Assembly (NCBI GenBank): GCA_964016885.1
Contig: OZ024743.1
Span: 196,230,001-196,294,000, forward strand
Direction of reading: 5' to 3'
Origin: Eledone cirrhosa
Lineage: Eukaryota
DNA length: 64,000 bases
Below are positions 44,185 through 59,424 of this stretch, piece after piece; the first letter of the stretch is position 1, and the number at the start of each line of letters is the position of its first letter. Below the pieces are notes generated by a model. It was not told the origin of the DNA, made no database searches, and saw nothing but the letters and a program-made list of their open reading frames with translations. Made by a program: the position numbers and the translations under genes.

Positions 44185-44246
<62 letters not shown>

Positions 44247-44402
44247 ATATATATATATATAATATATAATAGGAACTTTTTCGCTACTTTTGTTTGTTTA
44301 GTTAACTATAAAAATGTTCTATGGATGGTTTTCTGTAAGTTGTTAAATTTGACGAGTTGTGTTTAAAATTCCGTTGGGAAAGAAATTGTTAAGTTGGCCA
44401 TA

Positions 44403-44494
<92 letters not shown>

Positions 44495-44570
44495 CTATCT
44501 CCCTGTATATATATGTCTGTGTAGAGAGAAAGATGCGTGTGTGTTTGTCTTATACATACATATATATATA

Positions 44571-44648
<78 letters not shown>

Positions 44649-44894
44649 TATGACATTTACCTTGTTCAGAAGAATTTTTATTATTCGTGTTTGTTTAGTA
44701 ACTACAAAAATGTTTTGTCAATGGTTATCTATATATTGTTGAATTTGACAAGTTCAGTTTAAAATTCCATTGGGAAAGAAAGTGTTATCAGCTGTTGGTG
44801 CTGTGTCAGTGACGGTAGCAGTGCTGTTGATAGTATTGACGAGGAAATATATGAGGATCTCACTACAGGAAGTGTGATTACTATAACCACATCC

Positions 44895-45180
44895 AAATTG
44901 AGAGACCACAGCTCCCATACTATGGGCATGTAGTTAGAATGTCTAAGGAAAGAACCACTGGGCAGATTTTATGCGCAAAACCACCCGGCAGGAGACCTAG
45001 GGGTAGATCCTGAGCAAGATGGTTGGATAACATCCATGAGCTTGGCTGGTTTTTGTTGAGGATCCAGCCGGATCAATTGGAGACGTTTACTTCTGATAAG
45101 ACCCACTAGAAGGAGTGTTTTAGGACTCTGCCCCCACGACCTTCTCAGGAATAAGTGGGCGAAAAAGAAGAGAAGACAGT
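44895..45180 (+). mobile_element. RTE-clade LINE 3' end
   Basis: YYGHVVRMSKER..GRRPRGRS*ARWLDNI, then a short 3' UTR and an (AAG)-like tail. Confidence 0.78.
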
Positions 45181-45929
45181 TTTCTATGTAAAGATGCTTG
45201 AATCCTCAGTTTTCTTTTCATCCTCTGCCACGTATCACCCCGGCCGTCGCAGTATTTCATTTTGCATTCATTTATATCAATTAGAAATATTTTCTTCCAC
45301 ATTTTCTTTAATCATTGTCAAACATCAATTACCATGACTTTGTTCGGCCTACCTATGATGTTATTTATCTATGTATCTATCTTTCTTTCTTTAGATTGTT
45401 ATTGGGTTTTGTACTATGTTGCTGTTATAGATAACTATAGATTGACAGTCTTTCAAACAGAGAGATAGGTAAATAGAGAGGTAGGCTATTATATGGTTAG
45501 ATGGATGTGTAGATAGATAGGCAGTTATGTAGAGAAATGGATAGCTAGTTGCTTTTATGTACAAAGAGATTAGCTGTATAAGAGAGATTAAAAACCAGAT
45601 TCACGGGAACCTCTGCAGGGTCACTTGACTTGCTAGAAATAGCAGCTAAACCTCCTTTAAATCACAAAGATGATCAATACATTGGATAGTGTGGCCAATA
45701 ATACGTTATGTCTAGATAGAAGACGGAATATTTGAGATACACGAAATAATAATAAGCATTTCTAACAATTTGGGAGAATGTATCGTTTAATTGATCCCCT
45801 AATCAACCAAGGTTTAATTGGGCCTTATTCTATTGACCTGGTATTGTATAGAACTTGCAACTCAGTAGTTAAAGAGTGGTAGATAAATAAAAGAAATAAT
45901 TATTATTTATGCTGCCAGAAAGGCAGAGA

Positions 45930-46112
45930 ATATGGTGGTATCGGTAGAGGGTCGGATGCTACGCTTTCCAGCATAGTTACGTCCCTTTTACGGACTGAGT
46001 TCAAATCGCGCCGAGGTTAACTTTGCCTTTCATCCTTACGGGGTCGATAAAATAAAGTATCAGTAATGTACTGGGTAATTGCTGGCCTTGTGCCAAAAGT
46101 AGAAACAATTAT
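45930..46112 (+). mobile_element. tRNA-derived SINE (another diverged copy at 47455-47615)
   Basis: SINE head and core match. Confidence 0.85.
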
Positions 46113-47779
46113 AATTTAGAAACATCGTTGAGGAGGGAGAGGGACAGAATGATATGAAGAAAATAGATATGAAAAATAACAGTTAAACTAAAAATGTTGA
46201 GAAACGTTCTAATAGTAGAACAACCACCAGGGATCAATCAAGTACCCCATAGATCCCGGATTAACCTCAATAACGAAGGGTAAGTGGCACTTATTTCTTT
46301 TGTGTGGATTTGTAACTATTTTTCTAAATAGGTTTTTTTTCTTTGTTTTTAATAACTTGCAAATTTTTTCTCTTTTAAACACAATTTGAAAGAAATAAAA
46401 TTCTGTGAAAATAAAAATTAAAAAATCCGAGGGTGGTCGTTATAAAAGGATTTATATTTAAACAAATAAATGCCGGAAAAGTGCTCTTGTTCAGTTGTGG
46501 TATCCAGCTTACTGTTGCAAACTGAGCCAAAGCGTAGATTCATTCATTTGACTATACGTGCTTTATTTACTTAACATGTAGCCGGAAGCTTCATCCGAAA
46601 TTACGGAGGATGACTAAAATGAGGCAACAATGCATATCTGAAAAAGGAATACAATAATTATTCAAGAACCTAACATTGTAACACCCATGTCAACATAAAA
46701 CCGTCATGCCGGCTTAAGCAGGGACGTGTTGAAGAAGTGTGAGGGGCAGCCTTGAATACATTATAATAAGTAAGCAATTGGGGTCAGTAAAAGTTTGATT
46801 CAACCCAGAAGACACCGAAATTTACGTCATTACTCCCTCCACTAGGGACGAAAACAGCATTCTCTATATCTACAGTAAGCAGTCTTTGCAAAGGTACAGC
46901 TTAAAAGCATGTACCGGAGTGGATTCTAATTGTTGGCATCGGTATTACGAGAGGAATGTTAGATTATAAATTATAGAATATAAAATGATCAGACCTGATA
47001 ACTGGTTAAGTATTAGAATAGACGTTGGATATCTGCTAACCTTCAATAACGCTCACAGTTTTCCAGAGTATCTCCAAAAAGGGGATGAGGATTTACATGT
47101 GGTAGAAAATATAAGGTCTAGTTTTCATACCAGCTTTTGGAATCAACCTCTTAAAATATGTCTGCTCTCAATAAAAGCAAAAGAGGCTGCGATTCAACAT
47201 TTCTGCCAACATCAATAGCACAGTAGCAGCATTTAACAATTATATGCCGACAACAATATCAACAAGAGCCAAAGCCCAATTACAACTCCATGAACAGAAG
47301 TAGGAACGAGTGTCAGCATGGACTAAAGAAAGCGTATATGAGTATCCTCCACAACAAAATAAAGCCAACACCGGCATAAGTAGGAAGACGCTCACACCCA
47401 TAATCATGATCGTTGGTTTAGTTTTTTCCTATTCATATTTAATATAAGTTCAGTGCGTTGGATTAGCAGAATTGCTAGGATTTCGAACAAAATGTCATTG
47501 CGATATTTGTTCTGACATTTTACGATCTGAGTTCAAATCCCACCAAAGTCAACTTTGCTTTTCATCCATCCAGGGTCGATAAAATAAAGTACTAGCGAAG
47601 TACTGGGGTTGATTTAAATAATGTTGCTCATTACTTGAAGAGTTACCTAAATTAGACATTAATATTTAAGGGAAAAAACAATATCGACTCTGATCGAGAC
47701 GAAGCGAGGTGGATTTTTCCCATTGCTGTCTATGACAGCATTTAGCTGTTTCAACGGCTGTTCTAGCGATGAGTTTTCT

Positions 47780-47896
<117 letters not shown>

Positions 47897-47947
47897 TATA
47901 TAATATATATATAATATATATATAATATATATATAATATATATATAG

Positions 47948-47980
<33 letters not shown>

Positions 47981-48121
47981 ATATATATAATATAGATATA
48001 GTATATATATAATATATATATATATAATATATATATTATATATATATATATTATATATATATCATATATATATTATATATATATTATATATATATTATAT
48101 ATATATTATATATATATTATA

Positions 48122-48550
<429 letters not shown>

Positions 48551-48578
48551 ATATATATTATAATTATATTATATATAT

Positions 48579-48687
<109 letters not shown>

Positions 48688-48689
48688 GT

Positions 48690-50565
48690 AATAATAATAA
48701 AATTGAAGACTAAAATCCAAAGAGGGCTCGATAAGGATAAATATATATCAAATATATAAGAACCGTAGAGCAAATATTTATTAAATAACAGATTAAAGTT
48801 TAAGCAAAGAATCGCTGCTTTCACCCTTAATGGGATCTTCTGAAACTAACAAAGTCAATCTGTAAACGCAGAACTGGATATTTCAAAAAACGTTGCAACC
48901 GGAGGAAGACAGGAAGACGATACTTTGGTTCGTGGAAACTTTCGCTGGCAAAGAACGGGAAAAAACGAATAATACGTCATTAATATGAGCGGTGAAAAAC
49001 AATTACGCGCAAAGACAGAACCACGTTTATGGTATAAAAGAGGTCGTAGACTAATGTGCTCTTAGGTGGTGCATAGAGACGTTCTCTGGCAATGAACGAA
49101 AAAACGAAGATAATGAGTCATATGTGGAGCATGGAAAACAATAGCACGCAAAGACAAAACCACGTAAATGGTATAGCAGAAGTCGTAGACTAAAATTCTA
49201 ACTAGGAGACCAAATGAATCTCCGCTACAGAGTTAAGAACAAAGTAAATAAATACAATACAGAAGTAATAGAAATAAATAAATACGTACACGCAAACAAA
49301 TACGTACATACACAAGCATACGCAAAACCTTACCATAGGTATACAAAACCACGCACATATAAATATGTGTGTGTATGCTTGTGTGCAAAGAAATAAATAA
49401 TTATATAAACGTATATAAGTAAATAAATACGTATATAACAAGCGCACACACATACCTACATATAAATACACGAGTGTTCGGAGACGTAAGTCAACTAAAA
49501 CAAGAAGTACACATATACACACACCCACCATACGTACGAACCTGCACACTCACGCGGACGCAAAACTCCCGTATACACATAGCCAAACACTAAATACCAG
49601 AATATATAAAAATTATACGCCAGAACAATCAAATATACGTACGAGAAGGTATACATACCTTCACAAGACATACGGGTAATATATACTTACCTATGCAAAT
49701 AAGTAAAGGAATAAACAAAACATATACTTAGCTCCCACATCAAGACGTAAAATATCCACGTATATATCGTACTATCCGTTAGGGTATAACGTGGGGCTGT
49801 AATACAGGAAAGTTTTGTGCAATTTATGTTTACAAGCCGAAATTGCCCCAGATTTTTGTTTAAGATGTGGTCTGTGGCGTAGACCAGGGCCTCAGCGGCG
49901 CAGAGGTCACATGGTCTTTTATTTCCGTTATACGATCTAGCCCTAGCTATGATCTCCCAGTGTAACTTATATTGGGTGTGGTTGTCTTTTAGACTCCAGA
50001 TATAAGCTGAAAGTGACGTTATATTCCTTCTTAGAGGGTAACGAAAAGAATGGGTATGCATGTAAAGAAGCTGCTTGAAACTATTGGCGGTTAACCCTAT
50101 GTAGGCCCTACGGGACGTGGGTGTTACAACCTTACATTTGTAGACAATGTTACTAGAGAGGCATTTCTCGGTAACGTCGAGGTAATTAACGACCGAAAGA
50201 TTGGCCTCAACCTGTATAGAGAGGTTGAAGCCTTTAAAGAAGGCTGTGAGTTCTTTTCTGAACCTGTCGCAAGCACGAGGTCCGCACTTAGTCATAGTCA
50301 AAAGACCATCCTCACGGTACAAACCACCGCCCGCGTTGGGGAATTCGTCCTTGATAGAGAAAAGAAGGGAAAGGCCAATAAGATCAGTAACCTCCGCAGA
50401 GTCACTGGCGCCCATACTCACGTCTTCCTGTCTTCCTACGGTTGCAATGTTTTTTGAAATATCCAGTTCTGCGTTTACAGATCGACTTTGTTAGTTTCAG
50501 AAGATCCCGTTAAGGGTGAAAGATTCGATTCTTTGCTTAAACTTTATTCTGTTATTTAATAAATA
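48690..50565 (-). mobile_element. Family H Penelope-like element with inverted second 3' end
   Basis: ORF 49687-50421 has RT remnants (MGASDSAEVTDLIGL, GLYREDGL, VNYLDVT) fused by deletion to GIY-YIG (NIVYKC..YIGLT..CDLC..E). 50420-50565 is the reverse complement of ~48775-48920. A third end copy lies at 52805-53020. Confidence 0.9.
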
Positions 50566-50720
50566 TTATATATATATATATTATATATATATATATTATA
50601 TATATATATATATATAATATATATATACATATACATATATATATATACATATATATATAATATATATATATATATACATGTATATATATATACATATATA
50701 TATAATATATATATATATAC

Positions 50721-50787
<67 letters not shown>

Positions 50788-50833
50788 TATATATATACAT
50801 TATATATATATATATATATATATACATTATATA

Positions 50834-50953
<120 letters not shown>

Positions 50954-50954
50954 C

Positions 50955-50989
<35 letters not shown>

Positions 50990-51007
50990 ATATATATATA
51001 TATACAC

Positions 51008-51063
<56 letters not shown>

Positions 51064-51074
51064 CATATATATAT

Positions 51075-51114
<40 letters not shown>

Positions 51115-51189
51115 ATATATATATATATATAATATATATATATAATATATATATATAATATATATATATATATAATATATATAATATAT

Positions 51190-51270
<81 letters not shown>

Positions 51271-51362
51271 TTATATATATATATATAATATATATATATA
51301 TAATATATATATAATATATATTATATATATATATAATATATATTATATATATATATATAATA

Positions 51363-51395
<33 letters not shown>

Positions 51396-51479
51396 ATATA
51401 TATATTATATATATATATATATCATATATATATATATATATATCATATATATATATATATATATATCATATATATATAT

Positions 51480-51546
<67 letters not shown>

Positions 51547-51820
51547 TATAAATATAAATATATATCACGATAAATTAACGGAGGCCTAGGCCGTCGTTAT
51601 TCCCTGTAAATAATGTGCTCAAATGGGAAGAGATCCTGAGCCCTTTAAAATATAATATGTTGAGAAGGTAACACACCAGAGAGAGATATATAGTGCGTTA
51701 TCAATAATACAGGGAAAAAACCACCAGTGTATGGAATCTATAACCTATGAAAGGCAGACTATAGACACGATAATTAAAAATATAAATTAAAGCGTAAATA
51801 AATACCTTTATAACTATATA

Positions 51821-51901
51821 ACACACGTACAAATCCAAAGATATGTTTCACCAGAAAATTTGTTGAAAGAAATGGTCTAGTCTCGATTTATCAGCGTGTG
51901 T
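51821..51901 (-). ncRNA. HHR-like fold with C3.A8 mismatch (probably inactivated) in a (TA)n-flanked insert 51565-52005
   Basis: ACACACG-CUGAUAA-(38 nt)-GAAA-CAUAUC-UUUG-GAUUU-GUA/CGUGUGU; 7-bp stem I. Confidence 0.65.
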
Positions 51902-52097
51902 AAGGCCATACATTTCAGACAACACTAAGAGAATTTTACAATTGACTGTCCAGCTACACGTGGGAGAGAGAAGTCACCGCGTGTTTAAGGGCAGTGTTTA
52001 TAAATATATATATATCATATATATATATATATATCATATATATATATATATCACATATATATATATTATATATATATATCTTATATATATATATATA

Positions 52098-52558
52098 GTG
52101 TTATACTTTGGGAGGGTCATGTTGCCAATAAGAAACACAGCACCTCTTGCTTTCACTCCAATTTATTATAAATTAAATTTATAAATTTAAGAATTTATAA
52201 AATTCCGGTTGGTTGGTTAGTTGGTTCCACAACCGGACGGTTGTTCATATTTTGTCAAAGTTCTTTCGTCACACATTCTGTGACCTCTTCAGGCACAAAA
52301 CCAAGAGAAGAATCTCCAGTCACTGAAGAGGTCACAGAATGTGTGACGAAAGAACTTTGACAATATATGAACAACCGTCCGATTGTGGAACCAACCAACC
52401 AACCGGAAATTTATAAATTTAATTTATAATAAATTGGAGTGAAGGCAACTGGTACGTGTGTTACTTATTGGCAACATGACCCTCCCAAAGTATAACAATA
52501 TCGGTTTCAACACACGTTTTCAGATAAAGAATCTTGCTAAACAAATTCAGAAACGAAA
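52098..52558. mobile_element. Family C fold-back
   Basis: Minus arm 52098-52292, plus arm ~52290-52558. Confidence 0.9.
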
Positions 52559-52619
52559 TATATATATATATATATAACGTGGTTTTGTCTTTCCGTGCAA
52601 TTGTTTTCACCGCTCCAAA

Positions 52620-52804
52620 TAATTGTTTCTACTTTAGGCACAAGGCCAGCATAACCCAGTGCATTACTGGTACTTTATTTTATCGACCCCGTAAGGATGA
52701 AAGGCAAAGACAACCTCGGCGGGATTTGAACTCAGATCGTAAAGGGACGTAACTATGCTGGAAAGCATGGCGTCCGACCCTCTACCGATACTGCCAATCC
52801 ACCG
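52620..52804 (-). mobile_element. tRNA-derived SINE inserted in a family H end
   Basis: SINE reverse complement. The flanks 52577-52615 and 52805-53020 are collinear with 48775-49027. Confidence 0.85.
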
Positions 52805-53031
52805 CAAATAATGACGTATAATCTTCATTTTTTCCGTTCTTTGCCAGGGAACGTTTCCACGAACCAAAGTATCGTCTTCCTGTCTTCCTCCGGTTGCAAC
52901 GTTTTTTGAAATATTTACTTCTGCGTTCACAGATTGACTTTTTTAGTTTCAGAAGATCCCGTTAAGAGTGAAAGCAGCGATTCTTTGCTTAAACTTTAAT
53001 CTGTTATTTTAATAAATATACATATATATAT

Positions 53032-53794
53032 AAATTTAAAGATAATGCCACCCACACCCGGCGCATCAGCAAGGAATCTCACTTTATTAACAAATACGGA
53101 CCCCGTCTAAATACTTCTCCCTAAGACGAACCCACAACATACACACGTCAACATACACACCTACATCAGCATACATCCTACATACATCTCTATCCACATA
53201 TAAACACAATGACTTACGTAAACACACATGTTCTATGGTGCAACACAAATATACACAACTTTCCATACCTTTTGATGTATATAGATATATACGTGCCGAC
53301 ACACACATACATATACGCACACTGTTGCATTTCATACTGTTGGGCACATACATATTTGTACACAAGTATTCCCATACGGCAGGGTCTAATGGATTCCCTT
53401 TGCAGTACGTACAATCTGGACACCCACACACACCTTGGTGTTATGACAATACTATATATCATTTCACCCCTTTTATTATTAATGTTTTTGATGTTCTTTT
53501 GAGAGAATCGTTTTTGCAAATTACTGAAAATATCGAATAATGTACACCGTTTTTACCAGTATCACAAAAATACTGGTCCACCCACACACACACACACACA
53601 TATACACACATATACACACACACACATATACACACACACATACACACGCGTACACTAACATACAATCAGATATATACACACACTTCTCTGTATAAGACAA
53701 GAGCTGAAAAATATTTTTCAACATGTGAAAATATCCCCCACACACGTAGAGACACATTCCTACTGACCGAATCCCTCTACCACGAATCACTCTG

Positions 53795-53866
<72 letters not shown>

Positions 53867-54440
53867 TTGTCTTAATAGACACCTGAACTTTCAACATGAC
53901 TGCAATTCACACACACATCCCTATTGACCATTATCACAACAATGAACCTCTTTACTACACACACACACACTCACACATATTTATCTTAAAAGACTTATTT
54001 TTCAGTGACTTCTCAATCAGGCGAAAAAGGACACTCTTCGACAAACCTACATTTAGCGCAAAATCAATTTTTAACATTCACGTGACCTCTACCGACCACT
54101 CAAAATTGTTTTGACGACAAGAATTTTTGCAACACGAATTGGCGCGAAACTTATAGTACTCATTCACGTGACATTCAACAACCAACCAAATCTTAATACC
54201 TTCCAAGCCACTTTTTTCACATAAAACAAGTAGAATTTCCAAAACTAATCAGATTAGAGCAAACATCACGGGCGCTCTATCTCAAAGTTATTTTTGAAAA
54301 GCATTAGAAATGCGCAACCGGTAAAAACTTAAAACTAAAACTGAATACTAACTGATACTTATTACTAATTTTTACTTATTCCTAATTAAACTATTTTTCA
54401 CTGGGAAAAATTTGTCAGTATTTTCTTTTCCTTTTACTAA
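53032..54440 (+). mobile_element. Second copy (3' portion) of the 4450-7172 PLE
   Basis: Collinear with 5900-7172. Confidence 0.92.
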
Positions 54441-54449
54441 TATATATAT

Positions 54450-54915
54450 ATATATATACATGGCAATTTCTGTCTGTTTGTTTGTTTATGAATCTCAAAC
54501 TCAATAACTACCAAACTGATCTTGATGAAACTTGACACGTGCATAGGACTCATGCCCATTTAATTTCTTACGTATATTTCATTTTAATCAAAGGGTTCTC
54601 CGAGGGCTCAAACTCCCGCTGAAAACCCCCGCTTAAATTTTTCCCTTCGATTTATATGAAATTTAAACCATAGGTAAATGATAAGATATGATGTCTATTC
54701 ACAAAGTTTCAGCAAATTTCAATAATATTAAGCTACCCTAATAGGGGTTAAAATCCCTATAGTGAAAATGTTGGCCAATAAATGGAACAAGATTTCACGA
54801 ACTCCTCCTATGGTTTTGGAGATAGACCCCCCATAACCATATATATATTCTTAAACTACATTGCCCAGGGTACTTGGATAAGTATATTTCATTTTAATCA
54901 AAGGGTTCCCCGGGG
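54450..54915 (+). mobile_element. Helitron-like non-autonomous fragment (5' part)
   Basis: Start CTGTCTGTTTGTTTG..GATCTTGATGAAACTTG. Shares TTTTCCCTTCGATTTATATGAAATTTAAACCA with the reverse complement of 34042-34545. Confidence 0.6.
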
Positions 54916-55599
54916 TTGTTTCGTAAATGAATTTGTTTTCGCTTTTGATTATCTGTTCTATATTTTGATTTCATGTTTGGTCTGAGAGGCATTGGGCATT
55001 TTAATGGGTACCTCAGCTAATTTAAAATAATTTCGAGTAGATATGGAATAGTTTGGTCCGGAAGAATGACGAGAAAGACCAGTCTAACTCTTAAGACTCT
55101 CGGAATTGGAACACCGAAAGCAAGGGAGGCAAGAGATAAATGACTCAAGGGGAAGCCAACCAGTTCGACCTATTGGAAATAAATAACAAATTTCTCTGAA
55201 AATATACAGCACAATTTTATAAAAGAATACATTGAATAACATTATCCAGAGTACACTATTGCAGATAGTAAGACAGTATGGTCATGGTTGGAGTGGCATT
55301 TGGTCTTTTGTCTGTCATAACTATCTGCGCTTCTTTATCATCGGGTTTAAACAATAATCGCAAAAGGCTGAAACAACAATAACAAGAACATCATGAAAAA
55401 GAAGAAGGATAAAGAGAAGAAAGGGGAGAAGGAGGAGAAGGAAGATAAGAAGAAGGACGAGAGGGACAACAACAACAACAATAGTAACAACATGAACAGC
55501 AGCAACAACACCAACAACAACGATAACAACTGCAACAAAAGCAACAACAACAATAGTAATAACATGAACAGCAGCAGCAACAATACTAACAACTCGGTG

Positions 55600-58039
55600 T
55601 CTTGTGTGATTGCGTCTGTGAATGTGTGTGTGTTTGTGTGCCTGACTGTGTGTATCTGTCTGTCTATGTGAGTGTGTGTGTCTATGTGTGTGTGTATCTG
55701 TCTGTGTGTGTGTGTCTATGTGTGTGTGTCTATGTGTGTATATCTGTCTGTGTGAGTGTGTGTTTGTGTGTGTGTATCTGTCTGTGTGAGTGTGTGTGTG
55801 TCTATGTGTGTGTGTATCTGTGAGTGTGTATGTGTGTGTGTCTATGTGTGTGTATCTGTCTGTGTGAGTGTGTGTGTGTCATGTGTGTATATCTGTCTGT
55901 GTGAGTGTGTGTGTGTCTATGTGTGTGTGTATCTGTGAGTGTGTATGTGTGTGTGTCTATGTGTGTGTATCTGTCTGTGTGAGTGTGTGTGTGTGTATCT
56001 GTTTGTGTGAGTGTGTGTGTGTCTATGTGTGTGTGTATCTGTGAGTGTGTATGTGTGTGTGTCTATGTGTGTGTATCTGTCTGTGTGAGTGTGTGTGTGT
56101 TTGTAGATCTGTCTGTGTGAGTGTGTGTGTCTATGTGTGTGTATCTGTCTGTGTGAGTGTGTGTGTCTATATGTGTGTGTGTATATGTCTGTGTGAGTGT
56201 GTGTGTATATGTCGGTGTGTGTATCTGTCTGTGTGAGTGGGTGTCTATGTGTATGTATATGTCTGTGTGTCTGTGTGTGTGTGTATATCTGTGTGTGTAT
56301 CTGTCTGTGTGTGTGTGTGTAGATCTGTCTGTGTGAGTGTGTGTGTGTGTCTCTGGCTGTGTGAGTGTGTGAGTGTATCTGTCTGTGTGAGTGTGTGTGT
56401 GAGTGTGTGTGTCTATGTGTGTATATCTGTCTGCGTGTGTGTGTGTGTGTCTATGTGTGTGTATTTGTCTGTGTGAGTGTGTGTGTTTATATGTGTGTGC
56501 CTATGTGTGTGTGTATCTGTGTGTGTGTGTCTGTCTGTGTGAGTGTGTGTGTATATGTGTGTGTGTCTATGTGTGTGTATCTGTCTGTGTGAGTGTGTGT
56601 GTGTGTGGAGATCTGTCTGTGTGAGTGTGTGTATCTGTCTGTGTGAGTGTGTGTGTATATCTGTCTGTGTGAGTGTGTGTGTGTATCTGTCTGTGTGAGT
56701 GTGTGTCTATGTATGTGTGTATCTGTCTGTGTGAGTGTGTGTGTGTGTCTATGTATGTATGTGTATCTGTCTGTGTGTGTCTATGTGTGTGTGTCGATGT
56801 GTGTGTATCTGTCTGTTTGAGGGTGTGTGTGTGTGTGTCTGTCTGTGTGAGTGTGTGTGTGTATCTGTCTGTGTGAGTGTGTGTGTGTGTGTGTCTGTGT
56901 GAGTCTATGTGTGTGTGTATCTGTTTGTGTGAGTGTGTGTGTGTGTATCTGTCTGTGTGTGTGTGTGTGTGTCTATGTGTAGGTGTCTGTGTGTGCGTGT
57001 ACGTATGCGAATATCTGCGCATGCGTGTATTTGCTTGTGTTTTTCTTTCCGCTTCCTTTTTTTCATTTGACCGACCATCTTGTTCTGTAGAACAGAACTT
57101 TATGTAAAACAACACAAAATGCAACATAAAACCTATACAGTGTATATACAACACAAAAGTTATATGTCCCCTGCATATATTATATTGTCAATTATTTTCT
57201 TTTAAATCTCCAACTGTAAGCATGCTTCTACATATCATATATTTTTGTCAACTAATGTATGTGTGCGTGGTTGGTTTATGTGTGCGTGGTTGGTTTATGT
57301 GTGTCGCTGAGGAGTATGTGTGTATATGTATGCATATGTGTGTCTGAGGTGTGCCTTAATATATGTGTGTATGTGTGCGTGATTGGTTTATGTGTGTCTC
57401 TGAGGAGTATGTGTGTGTATGTGTGCATATGTGTGTCTGAGGTGTGCCTCATGTATATGTGTATATGTGTGCGTGGTGTGTTTATGTGTGCGTGGTTGGT
57501 TTATGTGTATCTCTGAAGAGTATGTGTGTATCTGTGCGTATGTGTGCCTCGCGTATGTGTGTGTGTGTATGGTGTGCGTGGTGTGTTTATGTGTGTCTCT
57601 GAGGAGTATATGTGAATGTGTGTCTGAGGTGTACCTCATGTATGTGTATGTGTGCATGATGTATGTGCGCCTTTGAGGAATATGTGTGTGTGTGTCTGAG
57701 ATGTGCCTCATGTATGTGTTTGTGTGGTGTGTGTGGTGTGTTTATGTGTGTCTCTGAGGAGTATGTGTGTATATGTGCGTATGTGCGTCTGAGGTTTGCC
57801 TCATGTATATGTGTGTATGTAAGCGTATGTGTGTCTGAGTTGTGCCTCATGTATGTGTGTGTATGTATGCATGGTGTATGTGTATCTCTCAGGAGTGTGT
57901 CTGTCTGTGTGCGAGATGTGTGTATCAGAGGAGTATGTGTGTCTGTGTGTCCCATGTGAGTGTGTGAATGTGTGTGTGTGTGTGCACTTGATGTGTGTGT
58001 GTGTCCAGTTGGTGTGTGCGTCTGTTAGCCTAGTCTGTG

Positions 58040-58072
<33 letters not shown>

Positions 58073-58370
58073 CTGATACTGTGTGTCTGATGTCTATGTG
58101 TGTCGGTATGCCTGATATGTGTGTGTGTTTGTGTATGTGTGTGCATGTGATATATGTCTGCATTATGTGTGCGCCTGTGAGCCTGATGTGTGTTTGTGTA
58201 TGTCTGATACATATGTATATGCCTGATGTGCGTGTGAAAGTGCGTGATGTGTGTGTGTATGTATATGCACTTGATATGTCTGCATGCTTTGTGTGTGTAA
58301 CTAACAGTGTGCGTATGTGAGTGTGTTCTTATGTGTGTGTTCGTATGTATGTGCTCGTGTGTGTTCAACA
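55600..58370. repeat. Degenerate (TG)n-derived minisatellite fields
   Basis: Recurrent ATCTGTCTGTGTGAG and CTGAGGAGTATG motifs in a TG background. Confidence 0.9.
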
Positions 58371-58735
58371 GGATAAAGGATATTATGTGTTCAGGTCAGG
58401 TTTGATAGTAGACAACTAATACTTATCTGCTCCTTTTAAGGTGAGTTCAACACTATAAAAATCACCACAGGCGACAAGCAAACAAGAAGGCACAACATAG
58501 TTGTGTCGTTATAACTCCAACTATTTCATTACAACTGTTAAGGTATCGATACATGAAATACAAATACTAAAGCAAACATATAAGACAAAATGCAAGCAAA
58601 GAAAAAATACATCAAGAAAAATTCACAAAAGATGGCAAAGTAAAGTAAAAGCGAAAATTGTAAAAACATTGGCCGTTTCTAGACAGGATCAGAAAGTCAT
58701 TCATCTCTTAGAAAATACTTGAAATTTAAGTATTT

Positions 58736-58777
<42 letters not shown>

Positions 58778-59306
58778 TCACACACACACATATATATATG
58801 TATGTATATAAGTGCCCCTGTTGGTTTCGCATAAAGATCGACATACTCAGTCTGCTATATAATTATCTGATTCGGCGAAAAAATATACAGATTCTTGAAG
58901 GTTTCACGTATAATAAATATACATGTATGCATGCATATATGTATAATATATATGTATATGTGCATGAATGTATGAAAGTATGTATGTATATAGTTCAAGG
59001 AAACTACAAAACAGAGGTACAATATGTCTTATTAGTTTCACGATTTATATAGAATGTGTATGCATTTATGGCATATAGCGTAATCGGTTTGTTGTTGTGT
59101 ACGACATAACGGCTTATTTTCATATTGTATGGGTTGCCATATTAGTATACAAATAATTTTGACTCAAAGCCTGCTAAATTGATTAAACACACCAGGACAT
59201 TGCATTTTTTGCATAAAAGACCGTGTCAACAGCATTTTCCCTTTCGTTTAGCTCTAGATCTCTTAAATATGACAGCCTTTCGCATCTATTCACTCATATC
59301 ATTAGC

Positions 59307-59407
<101 letters not shown>

Positions 59408-59424
59408 ATATATATATATATATA

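Noticed and set aside
55393-55671. K/E/N-rich ORF
   Set aside because: Degenerate (AAG)n/(AAC)n trinucleotide repeats.
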